Shown in pieces: positions 49,837-60,284 of a stretch of DNA of 64,000 bases; within the stretch, counting starts at the first letter, position 1, and each line of letters starts with the position of its first letter. Under the pieces are notes generated by a model. That model saw nothing but the letters and a program-made list of their open reading frames with translations. It was not told where the DNA came from and ran no database searches. Both the position numbers and the translations under genes were made by a program. The stretch lies in the NCBI GenBank assembly GCA_002869585.1, contig PKUO01000042.1, positions 1,261-65,260 of the forward strand, read 5' to 3'. The DNA is from Sedimenticola sp. GTDB taxonomy: Bacteria > Pseudomonadota > Gammaproteobacteria > Chromatiales > Chromatiaceae.

Positions 49837-52665
49837 TCAGGCATATTGGCGCTTTTCACCCTCGGTAGTGACATTCTCAACACAGCGACCGCAGAGCTCC
49901 GGATGCTCGGCGTGAGCGCCAACATCTTCACGGTGATGCCAGCAGCGGGCGCACTTGGGGTGCTGCGACGGCGTGATCAGCACAAACAGCCCGTCCGTCT
50001 CCGTTGCCACCGCCGATTCCGGCTTTTCCGCGAGCGGATGAATCCGCGCATAGGAGCTGATGAACACGAAACGCAGCTCGTCGGCAAGCTTCGACAGCTC
50101 ATTGTAGAGTTCATCGTCACAGTAGATATCGACCTCGGCATCCAGTGAGGAGCCGATGCTGCGCGCCGTGCGCAGCCGCTCAAACTCCCCGGAGATCGCC
50201 TCGCGCGCATCCCTTACCCTGTCCCAGAACTGGCGGTCAAATGCATCCCCCTGATCCAGCGCGAACAGTCCCTGATACCAGGTCTCGGTAAAAATGGTGG
50301 CGCTGCGCTTGCCGGGTATGAAGGGCCAGATCTCGTCGGCGGTAAAGCTCAGAATCGGCGCCAGCCAGCGGCTCATCGCCTCAACGATGTGATAGATAGC
50401 GGTCTGACAGGAGCGCCGCGCCAGACTGTCGGTCTGGGTGGTGTACTGGCGGTCCTTAATGATATCCAGATAAAAACCGCTCATCTCGTTGATGCAGAAG
50501 TTGAGGACCTTCTGATAGATCAGATGAAACTGGTACTCTTCATAGGCGGTGATAATCTCCTGCTGCAGCCGGTTGGCGCGATCCACCGCCCAGCGGTCCA
50601 GTTCGATCATCTGATCCGCCGGCAGCAGGTTCTCGGCCGGATCAAAGCCGTTCAGGTTGGCCAGCAGAAAGCGTGCGGTGTTGCGGATGCGCCGGTAGGC
50701 GTCCGCCGTACGCTTGAGAATCTCATCGGATACGTTCATCTCGCCGCGGTAATCGGTAGCCGCCACCCAGAGGCGAATGATATCGGCGCCCAGCACCTTC
50801 ATCACCTTCTGCGGGCTGACCACATTGCCCACCGATTTGGACATCTTGCGGCCATCGGCATCGACCGTGAAGCCGTGAGTCAGCACCCCTTTGTAGGGCG
50901 CGCACTCATTGATCGCCACCGAGATCATCAGCGAGGACTGAAACCAGCCACGGTGCTGATCCGAGCCTTCCAGATATAGATCGGCCGGAAACTGCAGATC
51001 ATCCCGGTGATTGAGCACGGCAAAGTGGGTGGCCCCGGAATCGAACCAGACGTCCAGAGTATCCGGCACCTTCTCGTACTGGTCCGCCTCGTCTCCCAGC
51101 AAGTCCTTCGGCTCAAGGGCGAACCAGGCCTCGATACCCTGCGCCTCGACCCGTTGGGCAACCGTCTCGATCAGCTCCGCGGTTCTGGGGTGCAGCTCGC
51201 CACTTTTCTTGTCGATAAACAACGCAATCGGCACGCCCCAGGTGCGCTGGCGGGAGATACACCAGTCCGGGCGGTTCGCCACCATGCCTTCGATACGCGC
51301 CTTGCCCCAATCGGGGGTAAATTTGACCTTCTGGATCTCGTCCAGCGCAGTCTGGCGCAGCCCTTTCTGATCCATACCGATGAACCACTGCGGGGTTGCG
51401 CGAAAAATGATCGGCGTCTTGTGCCGCCAGCAATGGGGGTAGCTATGCGCCAGGCGCTGCTCGTGCAGCAGGGCGCCACGCGCCTTGAGCACATCAATCA
51501 CCTTCTCATTGGCCTGAAACACATGCTCACCCTCGAACAGCGGCGTACCCGGCAGAAACCGGCCGTCGCCGCCCACCGGATTATCCACCTCCAGGTGATA
51601 ACGCTGACCGACAATATAATCATCCAGGCCATGTCCTGGCGCGGTATGCACGGCGCCGGTACCGGCCTCCAGGGTGACATGCTCGCCGAGAATAATCGGC
51701 ACTTCGCGCTTGTAGAAACAGTGGTTGAGCTTGAGCCCCTCGAAGGCATCACCGCGACCGTAGGCGATAACGCGATACTCCTCGATATTCCAGCGGTCCA
51801 TGGTCTCTTTCAGCAGACCCTCGGCGACCATCAGGCGCTCCTTGCCGCGCGCGCCATCGGCCTGCACCACGACATACTCCAGCCCCGGATTGAGCGCCAC
51901 CGCGCGGTTTGCCGGCAGGGTCCAGGGTGTCGTGGTCCAGATCACCACTGACAGGGGTCCCTCGCCATGACCATTGGGAATCGAGTGGCAGCTGGCCATA
52001 AAGGCCTCGTCTTCCACGGCCTCGAAGCGCACATCGATCGAGATTGACTCCTTATCCTTGTACTCCACCTCGGCCTCCGCCAGGGCGGAACCGCAGTCGG
52101 TACACCAGTGGACCGGCTTGTAGCCCTTGTGCACGTGGCCGTTTTCCACGATCCGCCCGAGCGCGCGGATGATATTGGCCTCGGTCTTGAAGTCCATGGT
52201 GAGATAAGGATTATCCCAGTCACCCAGCACCCCCAGGCGCTGAAAGTCGATGCGCTGCTTGTCGACCTGCTTGGCGGCATACTCACGACAGGCGACCCGA
52301 AATTCTGCCGCGCTCACCTTGGCGCCGGGCTTGCCCACCTTCTTCTCGACCTGCAATTCAATCGGCAGACCATGGCAGTCCCAACCCGGCACATAGGGAG
52401 CATCCTTACCGTCCAAAGTCTGGCTCTTGACGATGATATCCTTGATCACCTTGTTGACCGCATGGCCGATATGGATCTCGCCATTGGCATAGGGAGGACC
52501 GTCGTGCAGAACGAACTTGGGCCGCCCTGCGCTGGCCTCGCGGATCTGTTGATAGAGGTTTTTCTCCTCCCAGCGCTTGAGCATTTCCGGCTCGCGGTTG
52601 GCGAGATTTCCCTTCATCGGAAAACCGGTTTCTGGAAGATTTAGGGTACTCTTATAGTCAGTCAC
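49837..52665 (-). CDS. ileS: isoleucine--tRNA ligase
   Basis: HIGH ([11 protein letters not shown]) and KMSKS motifs, plus C-terminal Zn Cys pairs. The GTG start gives [17 protein letters not shown], matching the canonical N-terminus. Confidence 0.97.
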   Translation of the reverse strand: MTDYKSTLNLPETGFPMKGNLANREPEMLKRWEEKNLYQQIREASAGRPKFVLHDGPPYANGEIHIGHAVNKVIKDIIVKSQTLDGKDAPYVPGWDCHGLPIELQVEKKVGKPGAKVSAAEFRVACREYAAKQVDKQRIDFQRLGVLGDWDNPYLTMDFKTEANIIRALGRIVENGHVHKGYKPVHWCTDCGSALAEAEVEYKDKESISIDVRFEAVEDEAFMASCHSIPNGHGEGPLSVVIWTTTPWTLPANRAVALNPGLEYVVVQADGARGKERLMVAEGLLKETMDRWNIEEYRVIAYGRGDAFEGLKLNHCFYKREVPIILGEHVTLEAGTGAVHTAPGHGLDDYIVGQRYHLEVDNPVGGDGRFLPGTPLFEGEHVFQANEKVIDVLKARGALLHEQRLAHSYPHCWRHKTPIIFRATPQWFIGMDQKGLRQTALDEIQKVKFTPDWGKARIEGMVANRPDWCISRQRTWGVPIALFIDKKSGELHPRTAELIETVAQRVEAQGIEAWFALEPKDLLGDEADQYEKVPDTLDVWFDSGATHFAVLNHRDDLQFPADLYLEGSDQHRGWFQSSLMISVAINECAPYKGVLTHGFTVDADGRKMSKSVGNVVSPQKVMKVLGADIIRLWVAATDYRGEMNVSDEILKRTADAYRRIRNTARFLLANLNGFDPAENLLPADQMIELDRWAVDRANRLQQEIITAYEEYQFHLIYQKVLNFCINEMSGFYLDIIKDRQYTTQTDSLARRSCQTAIYHIVEAMSRWLAPILSFTADEIWPFIPGKRSATIFTETWYQGLFALDQGDAFDRQFWDRVRDAREAISGEFERLRTARSIGSSLDAEVDIYCDDELYNELSKLADELRFVFISSYARIHPLAEKPESAVATETDGLFVLITPSQHPKCARCWHHREDVGAHAEHPELCGRCVENVTTEGEKRQYA

Positions 52666-52739
52666 GGCCTGCTGCCTTTTTCGCGTCTGAAATTCATAAA
52701 ATGTGCAATCGGCGATTCGCCACCAATTGCCCTGCCATG

Positions 52740-53675
52740 TCAACCCGCCAGAAAATAATCCCTGGCCGCCGACGCGTCATGTTCTATTTGCTGGCGCAAT
52801 GCATCAAAGGATTCGAAGCGCCGTTCGTCACGTATCTTTTTACAAAACTCCACCTGCAGATGCTCGCCGTAGATGCTGCGGTTGAAATCAAACAGGTGCA
52901 CCTCCAGCAGGTAGCGGCTGTCACCCTCGATCGTGGGGCGATTGCCGATGTTCGCCACACCAGGCAACCAAGCCTCATCCGACAAGCCATACACCCGCAC
53001 CGCATAGACACCCTTCAGCGGGCTGACCTTTCGGTGCAGATTGATGTTCGCCGTGGGAAAGCCGATGGTCCGGCCCCGGGCATCCCCGTGGGCCACCCTG
53101 CCACAAATTCGGTATGGGCGCCCCAGATACTCCTGGGCAAGGGCCAGATCCCCACAAGCGAGCGCCTCACGAATCCGGGTGCTGCTGACCCGCTCCTCGG
53201 CAACCGCAAAGGTGTTCATGTTCTCTATGCCAAAGCTGTGCGCCAGCGCCACCTGTCTCAGCAGCTGGATATCGCCCTGGCGATCCCGCCCGAAACGGAA
53301 ATCATCGCCAACCAACAGGTAGCGCACATCCAACCCCTCAACCAGCAACTCCTGAACAAATGCCCCGGCCTCCATCCGCGCCAGCTTGGCATTGAATTCG
53401 AGAAGTACCACGCGATCGATCCCAGCCTCTTTCAGCGCCTGTAATTTCTCGCGCATGCGGGTCAGTCTGGCGGGTGCGCGATCAGGGACAAAAAACTCCT
53501 GGGGCTGGGGTTCGAAGGTCACCACCGTGGTCGGCAGACCCAGCTCTTGCGCCTTGTCATGCAGATGCCGAAACACCGCACGATGCCCGAGATGCACACC
53601 ATCAAAATTGCCGATGGTGGCCACACAGCCGCGGTGTTCTGCTCGCAGATTATGTAAGCCCCGGATTACCTGCAT
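52740..53675 (-). CDS. ribF: bifunctional riboflavin kinase / FMN adenylyltransferase
   Basis: [10 protein letters not shown], and a C-terminal RFK domain (GFPTANI..GVY). Confidence 0.93.
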   Translation of the reverse strand: MQVIRGLHNLRAEHRGCVATIGNFDGVHLGHRAVFRHLHDKAQELGLPTTVVTFEPQPQEFFVPDRAPARLTRMREKLQALKEAGIDRVVLLEFNAKLARMEAGAFVQELLVEGLDVRYLLVGDDFRFGRDRQGDIQLLRQVALAHSFGIENMNTFAVAEERVSSTRIREALACGDLALAQEYLGRPYRICGRVAHGDARGRTIGFPTANINLHRKVSPLKGVYAVRVYGLSDEAWLPGVANIGNRPTIEGDSRYLLEVHLFDFNRSIYGEHLQVEFCKKIRDERRFESFDALRQQIEHDASAARDYFLAG

Positions 53676-53778
53676 AGATTTCGTCTAGTGATGCTGCCAA
53701 TCAAAAACCGTTGATTATATGTGAACTTTGGATTCAAGTCCCTGTTTTTCCATCGAAACTTGAACAGCAAACACCGAA

Positions 53779-55308
53779 TCATGTTTCGCTGCTACGAAAA
53801 TGTCCCGGGCGAATGCCGACGATCAATAATGCCGAAAAATAGACCAGTGCACCCACCAGAATCAAGCCCAGCAGGCGCCAGACACGCTCGACGCCCGGCA
53901 TCACCAACCAGCTCTGGATATCCTGCGCGCCCCACAGAAGCACCAACCCCATGACAAGGGCCGCCGCCCCGCCCTGCGCAAGGAGTTTGCCCCAGCCTGC
54001 GGCGGGCTGATAGACCCCCGCACGCCGCAACCCCCGATAGAGCAGAAAGGCATTGAGGGAGGCAGACAGGGTGGTCGCCAACGCCAGACCCGCATGGGCC
54101 AGAGGAAAGACCAAAGCAATATTCAGGGCCATGTTAGTCGCCATGGCGATCACCGCGTAGCGCACCGGGGTTTTCGTGTCCTGCCGTGCATAGTAACCCG
54201 GTGCAAGCACCTTGATCATGATAAAAGAGAGCAGACCCAGGGTATAGGCCATCAGACTGCGCTGGGACATCAGCACGTCATTCGCCTGGAAGGCATCCGA
54301 GTAGAACAGGGTAGCGATCATCGGTCCGGCCAGAAAAAACAGCCCCACAGCCGCTGGCAGTCCCAGCAGCAAGGTCCAGCGCAGACCCCAATCAATGGTT
54401 TGTGAGAACCCTTGGGGTGAATCGGTGGAGTGCTTGCGTGACAGGTGCGGCAGGATCACCGTCCCCAGGGCCACGCCCAGCACGCCCAGTGGAAATTCCA
54501 TCAGGCGATCAGAGTAATAGAGCCAGGAGATACTGCCTGTCACCAGAAATGACGCAATCAGCGTATCCAGGAGCAGATTCAACTGGGTCACCGAGACGCC
54601 GAACAGTGCCGGCACCATCAGCTTGAGAATGCGCATGACACCCGGATCCTTGGGGGCCAGACGGAAGCGCGGCAGCAATTTCAACTGCTGCAGAAACGGC
54701 AGCTGGAACAACAGCTGCAGCACTCCGGCCAGCAACACACCCCAGGCAAGCGCCATGATCGGCCGCTCCATGAGTGGCGCCAACCAGAGGGCGCAGCTGA
54801 TCAGGGCGACATTCAACAGCACCGGCGTAAAGGCGGGTACCCCGAAACGATTATGGGCATTGAGTATTCCCCCGGCAAAGGCCGTCAGGGAGATAAACAG
54901 CAGGTAGGGAAAGGTCAGGCGCAGCATGTCCGAAGCCAGCGCCAACTTGCCCTCATCCCCGTAAAAACCTGGCGCAAACACCATAACCAGCAAGGGCGAG
55001 GCTAGCACCCCGACGATGGTCACCGCCAGCAATACCGCCCCAAGCGTGCCCGCCACATGGTCGACGAACAGTTTCAGATCGGCGTAGCTGCGTTTTTCCT
55101 TGTACTCGGTGAGAACCGGCACAAAAGCGACCGAGAAGGCCCCTTCAGCAAACAGGCGACGGAGAAAATTGGGGATTTTGAATGCCACAAAGAAGGCGTC
55201 GGTTCCGGCGCTGGCTCCGAACACGTGTGCCAACACCAGATCCCGGACAAAGCCGAGAACGCGCGAGACCATGGTATTTGAGCCGACCTTGGCCAGAGAC
55301 TTGAACAT
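53779..55308 (-). CDS. murJ: lipid II flippase MurJ
   Basis: 509 aa, polytopic. N-terminus SRVLGFVRD...FGA....DAF.VAF.IPN.LRR.FAEGAFS. Confidence 0.92.
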   Translation of the reverse strand: MFKSLAKVGSNTMVSRVLGFVRDLVLAHVFGASAGTDAFFVAFKIPNFLRRLFAEGAFSVAFVPVLTEYKEKRSYADLKLFVDHVAGTLGAVLLAVTIVGVLASPLLVMVFAPGFYGDEGKLALASDMLRLTFPYLLFISLTAFAGGILNAHNRFGVPAFTPVLLNVALISCALWLAPLMERPIMALAWGVLLAGVLQLLFQLPFLQQLKLLPRFRLAPKDPGVMRILKLMVPALFGVSVTQLNLLLDTLIASFLVTGSISWLYYSDRLMEFPLGVLGVALGTVILPHLSRKHSTDSPQGFSQTIDWGLRWTLLLGLPAAVGLFFLAGPMIATLFYSDAFQANDVLMSQRSLMAYTLGLLSFIMIKVLAPGYYARQDTKTPVRYAVIAMATNMALNIALVFPLAHAGLALATTLSASLNAFLLYRGLRRAGVYQPAAGWGKLLAQGGAAALVMGLVLLWGAQDIQSWLVMPGVERVWRLLGLILVGALVYFSALLIVGIRPGHFRSSET

Positions 55309-55399
55309 AGACCGCCCTGAATTCCCGCAACTGGATCAAAAACAGGGTGCATTATAGACACTAAATAGCGTACACAGGCAATTGGCTGCACATCCTATG

Positions 55400-55428
55400 T
55401 TGACAAACTGAAAATATGTCATCAAAAT
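55400..55428 (+). promoter_or_regulatory. putative sigma70 promoter of rpsT
   Basis: TTGACA, a 17-nt spacer and CAAAAT, about 45 nt upstream of the start codon. Confidence 0.4.
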
Positions 55429-55473
55429 ACCGCGCTCTTTGAGCTTTAAACCGATTTATTTGGGAGACACACC

Positions 55474-55734
55474 TTGGCCAACTCTGCACAAGCCCTGAAA
55501 CGCGCACGTCAGGCTGAAAAGCATCGTCAAAACAATGCATCACGCCGCAGCATGATGCGCACCTACCTGAAGAAGGTACTCAGCGCGCTTGGAGCCGGCG
55601 ACAAGGAAGCAGCTACCGAAGCTTTCAAACAGGCTGTTCCGGTGATAGACCGTGCGGCGAACAATGGCCTTATCCACAAGAATAAGGCCGCTCGTCACAA
55701 GAGCCGTCTGAATGCGCGGATCAAAATGCTGTAA
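55474..55734 (+). CDS. rpsT: 30S ribosomal protein S20
   Basis: [18 protein letters not shown].. The TTG start matches the UUG start known for E. coli rpsT. Confidence 0.95.
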   Translation: MANSAQALKRARQAEKHRQNNASRRSMMRTYLKKVLSALGAGDKEAATEAFKQAVPVIDRAANNGLIHKNKAARHKSRLNARIKML

Positions 55735-55754
55735 ACAACAGTTCCGCGTAGCTT

Positions 55755-55781
55755 AAAAACCGGCCACAAGCCGGTTTTTTT
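55755..55781. terminator. bidirectional rho-independent terminator
   Basis: AAAAA-CCGGC-CACAA-GCCGG-TTTTTTT. Confidence 0.75.
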
Positions 55782-55898
55782 ATGTCCGCAAATTCTCATC
55801 CACGAAGGCACATATTGCACGGGCGGCAGACACCAGCACTTGCAAAAAACCGCTATATATAAGATAATAAGGATATTCTTATATGTTTGTGGGTCACG

Positions 55899-56138
55899 AT
55901 GATGTTTAGCTGTAAAATCATGCGCATTGCACTGACCACCTCTGCCGGCCTATTGTTGACTGGCGTCGGGATGATTTACCTGGTCTCTTCAGTGGCCGCT
56001 GACTCGGGTGGAATTTCCTTGGTAATCAATACACTGGGAATACTCAGCCTGCTATCGGCGCCCATCCTGTTGTTGGCCATTCTGGTGCTCGCGCTGCTCC
56101 CGGGGACACGCAAATCCCTGTCGCTCTGTAATCATTGA
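55899..56138 (+). CDS. small hydrophobic membrane protein, paralogue 1 (79 aa)
   Basis: Two TM helices. Aligns along its length with 56303..56548 (LLTGVGMIYLVSS / LVTGVILLFLISS; NTLGILSLLSAPILL / NVLGIFCLLFAPLIL; LPGTRKSLSLCNH / LPKSRKKLENCDR). Confidence 0.5.
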   Translation: MMFSCKIMRIALTTSAGLLLTGVGMIYLVSSVAADSGGISLVINTLGILSLLSAPILLLAILVLALLPGTRKSLSLCNH

Positions 56139-56302
56139 ACAGCCAACCTGGTTCCATCCCCTGTCTGACATAAAGCGCAGAGGCCTCCCTTTCTCTGGTC
56201 AATGAGTATCCTGGTATTGTAAGCTTGCGGCTGTGGGTAAATAGCAAAGCAGTTACAGTCTCCACCTTGCACCGCCAAGATTATAAGCGAAGGGATGTCA
56301 TT

Positions 56303-56548
56303 ATGAGGTTTTTAAGTTGCGAAACCATGCGTGAAGGGGTGATTGTCTCTGCGTCATTCCTGGTGACCGGGGTGATACTGCTATTCCTTATCTCAAGCGG
56401 AATCATCCCGTCAGCCTTCTATCTGCCGCTGATTTTCAATGTCCTCGGGATATTCTGCCTGCTATTTGCCCCGCTGATACTCATTGGCACCTTCATCACC
56501 ACGGTACTACCCAAGTCGCGCAAGAAACTTGAGAATTGCGACCGCTAG
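56303..56548 (+). CDS. small hydrophobic membrane protein, paralogue 2 (81 aa)
   Basis: See paralogue 1. ATG 56303 is preceded by AAGGGA. Confidence 0.55.
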   Translation: MRFLSCETMREGVIVSASFLVTGVILLFLISSGIIPSAFYLPLIFNVLGIFCLLFAPLILIGTFITTVLPKSRKKLENCDR

Positions 56549-56584
56549 CCAGCAGGGGCTGAAACAGCACATCCACCGGCCAGC

Positions 56585-57217
56585 TTATTCACCACCCATC
56601 AGTCGTTCGGCGGCACCTGCCTCCAGACCGAACTCTTCCTCAATCATGCGATTCCAGGCATCCCGCTTGAAGGTCTTCTGATCCGGCACCTTCCTGTGCA
56701 CCAGATTGTAATGACATTCGATACAGCTCTTATTTTTGGCATCCTCTACATGGATGGCGTTGGTATGTAGACGTGATCCGTGGATGGCCTCCTGCTCGTG
56801 GCAACGTCGGCAGGTGGCTGAATCCTTGCGCAGGAACCACTCTCTGGCAGCAAAGGCCGCTTCCGGCAAATGCAACGCCGTGATTACCGGATCGTCATAA
56901 TCCGGCCCGAATATCTGTTTCCACAGATCCGAGACCCCCATGACGTGATCCAAGGTAGCGGCAAAAATTCCTTCAGAAACATGACAATCTCCGCAACTGG
57001 CCCGCACGCCAGAGACTGAGTTGAAGTGCGCGGACTGGCGGTAATCCTCGGCAGCGAAGCTCATCGAGTGGCAACTGGTGCAAAATGCCTCGGTACCCGT
57101 GTATTGATCGAACTCAATCAAAAACAGGATAAACAGGATCCCGCCGCAGCTGCCGATAATCAAGGCAAAGAGTACATGACGGGTGATATATTGCGATAAC
57201 CAGCTGGCCTTACTCAT
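56585..57217 (-). CDS. NapC/NirT-family membrane-anchored tetrahaem cytochrome c
   Basis: N-terminal TM helix and four CxxCH motifs (CTSCH, CGDCH, CRRCH, CIECH). Overlaps the upstream octahaem gene by 8 nt. Confidence 0.88.
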   Translation of the reverse strand: MSKASWLSQYITRHVLFALIIGSCGGILFILFLIEFDQYTGTEAFCTSCHSMSFAAEDYRQSAHFNSVSGVRASCGDCHVSEGIFAATLDHVMGVSDLWKQIFGPDYDDPVITALHLPEAAFAAREWFLRKDSATCRRCHEQEAIHGSRLHTNAIHVEDAKNKSCIECHYNLVHRKVPDQKTFKRDAWNRMIEEEFGLEAGAAERLMGGE

Positions 57218-58673
57218 CACGCCGCTCCCCGGTGGCGTCCGGGAGAGAACCCAGAACTGCACTCGCCTGATCGGGCTGGCCCAGCCAATTGTGAGCAGGC
57301 TGACTTAGGACATGTTGTTGAATCAGGTCAACAGCCCCAACACCGGCCACTGCCCGCACCTGGGGCAGAAACTCGCCATAGAAACTGCGTGCAACAGCAT
57401 ACATCCCGGCAAATGCACTATGGTCCGGACTGGCCATCGCCGCCCCGTGGCGCGCGGCGGCGCCATGCTCATGCCAAAGATCCCAGTAGATGAACTCGAT
57501 CGGCTCATCAAAGGGTGCCGGGGTCAGCAGCCCCTGCTGATACAGGCTCTGCATGATGGCCTGGGAAGGTGCGCCAAATTTTGTGTTGAACAACTCCACC
57601 AGTTGATCGAACTGGTCCATAAAACCATTGGCAAAGGACTTGCTGTGACACTCGCGGCAGACTGCACTCATCACCTGCCGTCTGCGATCGGGGGTAGCCA
57701 CAAACTTCACCGTGCCGGGATTGCCATCGAGCTTCTGCATTTCGGCGCCACGTTTGGGGGCATCCGCCGATACCGGCCACTCCCGTTTGTCACCGTCCTC
57801 GAACATCACCAGGTGCTGCCGTTCCGAGACTGGTCCGTACAGCCCCCAGGCGCTGCGCATGCCGACATCATGGGTCGCGGCAACCTTCCCTGCCGCCCCC
57901 ATATGACAGGTGACGCAGGTCGGGGCGGCAGAGTAGTCCTTCCCCGCACTCCAGCTATCGCTGTCAAGGTTCATATCACCGATATGCGCCTGATAGGCCA
58001 TACCGTGTTTCGAGCTGTCGAATACGGCCTGATCCGGGGATTTGGGACTGGCATGACAGCGGGCGCAGGCAATTGGTTGTCGCGCCTGCGCCTTGGAAAA
58101 ACGATGCCGGCCATGGCAGGCGGAACAGGACCCCTTTGAGCCGTCGGGATTGATACGGCCAATGCCAGAATTAGGCCAGGTTGCAGGATCCAGCGTGCCA
58201 TCACCCTTTACCTTGACGACAGATCCGTGACACTGATCACAGCCGCTCGTGGTCAGCGCCGGACCCGCCAGGTTATCTCCCAGTACCGACCGGTCTGCAT
58301 TGCCCAGGGCGACAGCTTCGGAGTGTACCGAGCCCTTATGCTCACTGAACTCCCGGTCATGGCAGCGGCCACAGTCCGTGGGTGAGACGATGGTGGCGAT
58401 AATCTGCCCCTCGTGCTCGAAGGCATCGATCTCTTCGGATTTGGCCTGATGGCAGTCCATACAGTTGACACCTGCCTCTGCATGAGCGCTTTGCTGCCAC
58501 TCCGTGACCACCCCCGCCGAGGCCTTTTTGTGGCAGCTGACGCACTCATCACCGCCGGAATGCCCCCAGTTGGAGGGATCTAGTTTGACTTTTTCGGCGA
58601 CAACCGGTGCGCTGAGAAACAGCAGCAGAAAGGCCCACCCCCATAGACAAGTAAAACCCAGCCTGGATTCCAT
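57210..58673 (-). CDS. octahaem cytochrome c, hydroxylamine-oxidoreductase (HAO) family
   Basis: Signal peptide and eight CxxCH motifs (CVSCH, CMDCH, CGRCH, CDQCH, CSACH, CARCH, CVTCH, CRECH). Size is consistent with HAO-like enzymes. GGAGGAG RBS. Confidence 0.85.
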   Translation of the reverse strand: MESRLGFTCLWGWAFLLLFLSAPVVAEKVKLDPSNWGHSGGDECVSCHKKASAGVVTEWQQSAHAEAGVNCMDCHQAKSEEIDAFEHEGQIIATIVSPTDCGRCHDREFSEHKGSVHSEAVALGNADRSVLGDNLAGPALTTSGCDQCHGSVVKVKGDGTLDPATWPNSGIGRINPDGSKGSCSACHGRHRFSKAQARQPIACARCHASPKSPDQAVFDSSKHGMAYQAHIGDMNLDSDSWSAGKDYSAAPTCVTCHMGAAGKVAATHDVGMRSAWGLYGPVSERQHLVMFEDGDKREWPVSADAPKRGAEMQKLDGNPGTVKFVATPDRRRQVMSAVCRECHSKSFANGFMDQFDQLVELFNTKFGAPSQAIMQSLYQQGLLTPAPFDEPIEFIYWDLWHEHGAAARHGAAMASPDHSAFAGMYAVARSFYGEFLPQVRAVAGVGAVDLIQQHVLSQPAHNWLGQPDQASAVLGSLPDATGERRDE

Positions 58674-58796
58674 CGACCCGACTCCTCCTCCAATTATTAT
58701 TTTCTTCGGAGCTAATACCAGATACTACACAGGTAACATCATCTCCAGCTTGTTTACAGCAACGTTTGAACGTATCTTACATTTTTTTAAGATACA

Positions 58797-58810
58797 TTGA
58801 GAATTATCAA
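58797..58810. promoter_or_regulatory. FNR/CRP-family box (TTGAGAATTATCAA)
   Basis: 9/10 match to TTGAT-N4-ATCAA. It lies in the divergent intergenic region between the HAO operon and the pentahaem gene. Confidence 0.45.
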
Positions 58811-58907
58811 TGTATTTTCAGAAAACCCGTGTACTGTTCTAAAACAATAAAACAATTATAAGTCCGGTCTTAGACCGGGCACGCCAAAGCTGATCTAGGA
58901 GGATCAT

Positions 58908-60206
58908 ATGAAAATGAGAGTGGCCCGTTCCTTTTCTCTGCTCGCTGCCGGTATTTTGTGACTAACTGGTATCGTTTTATCGGCATACGCAGCAGACACA
59001 CCCCTGCATCAAACCAGCGCAGACACCTGTCAAACCTGCCATAAGGACATCTACAAGCAGTGGCAAGGCTCAATGCATGCCAGCAGTTCCGCAATAAAAG
59101 ACCCGATCCATGCGACCTTCTATAAAAATGTCGCCGGTGATCCGACCCAGGAAGGTGTAGTGCTCAAGGCCTCGGGCAAGTACCCGGTCTGCCTGCAGTG
59201 TCATGCACCCAATGCGGCACGCGATAAAACCACCAAACTGGACGCCATGCCGGCCTATAGCGAAGGCGTTAATTGTATCGCCTGCCATACCCTGAAAAAA
59301 TTCAATGGACTGACCGGTGCAGATGGAAAAATGCAACTCGGGCTCAAATCCTACGAGATTTCCGACAAGATCCAAGCACCTACCGGTATGAATCGCGGTC
59401 TGTCGAAACTCTCCCAGGGCTCAGACATGTTTGGCGGCAGCGCCACGGATGATGAACAGAAACCCAACCCGCACCTGGGCGAAGCGGTCACAGTGGATGG
59501 TGTGGAGATTCCCTCACTGCCGATGGAAGGCAACCCCAAGCAACTGAAAACCAACGATGCCTGCATGGGTTGCCACGACAAGCGTAACAATCCCCACGGT
59601 GTGGCCCTCTGTCAAACCGGCGACGAGTACTCGCTGAGCAAAACCAATGTTAACTGCCTGTCCTGTCATATGCCGATCAACAACGGGGTTGCCGATCACT
59701 CCATGGGTGGCGGTCATGACCAGAGCATGCTCAAACGCTCCATCGTGTTTGATATGGAAGTCACGCCCAATGCCGGCAAATTGACTGCCAACCTGCTTCT
59801 GAAAAACCAGCAGCCTCACAGCCTGCCCACCGGCGCGCCTTTCCGCAATATCGTAGTTAAGGTCACGGCTTACAACGCAGCTGGCGAGACAATCTGGAGC
59901 AATGCGGCAGATCACCCGGCAAAGAGCGACCCGCAGGCCTACCTGGCCTATGGACTCACAGACAGCGAAGGCAAACCGGCCTCACCTCCGGAAGCGACCG
60001 CCCTGGGTGAAGACACCCGCCTGAAACCCTTCGAGGAGCGCACCCTGAGCTATGAAATCCCTGGCGAGGGCGTGGCACTGGTCCGCGGCGAGGTCTTCTA
60101 CAACCTGCTTTGGGACGGCTTGGTGAAGAAATTCAAGCACCTGCCGGCTGACCTGACCGCCCCGGTTCTGATTGCAGAATCAGAAAAGGATGTAACCGGT
60201 TCATAA
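58908..60206 (+). pseudogene. periplasmic pentahaem cytochrome c with in-frame TGA (58959-58961) inside its signal peptide
   Basis: AGGAGGA RBS and ATG 58908. Translation reads MKMRVARSFSLLAAGIL*LTGIVLSAYA-ADTPLHQTSADTCQTCH.., in frame with track ORF 59073..60206. Five CxxCH motifs in total (CQTCH, CLQCH, CIACH, CMGCH, CLSCH). Confidence 0.75.
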
Positions 60207-60232
60207 TCTGATCAGCCCTGACAACGGCTAAC

Positions 60233-60284
60233 AAAAAAGCCCAACCGGGAAACCCATTGCGGGAAACCAGGTTGGGCTTTTTTT
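60233..60284. terminator. bidirectional terminator between the cytochrome gene and proB
   Basis: AAAAAAGCCCAACC..loop..GGTTGGGCTTTTTTT. Confidence 0.75.

Noticed and set aside
58959-58961. Selenocysteine at the in-frame TGA of the pentahaem cytochrome
   Set aside because: The codon lies in the hydrophobic core of a cleaved signal peptide, where Sec has no conceivable role. I saw no convincing SECIS-like hairpin immediately downstream.
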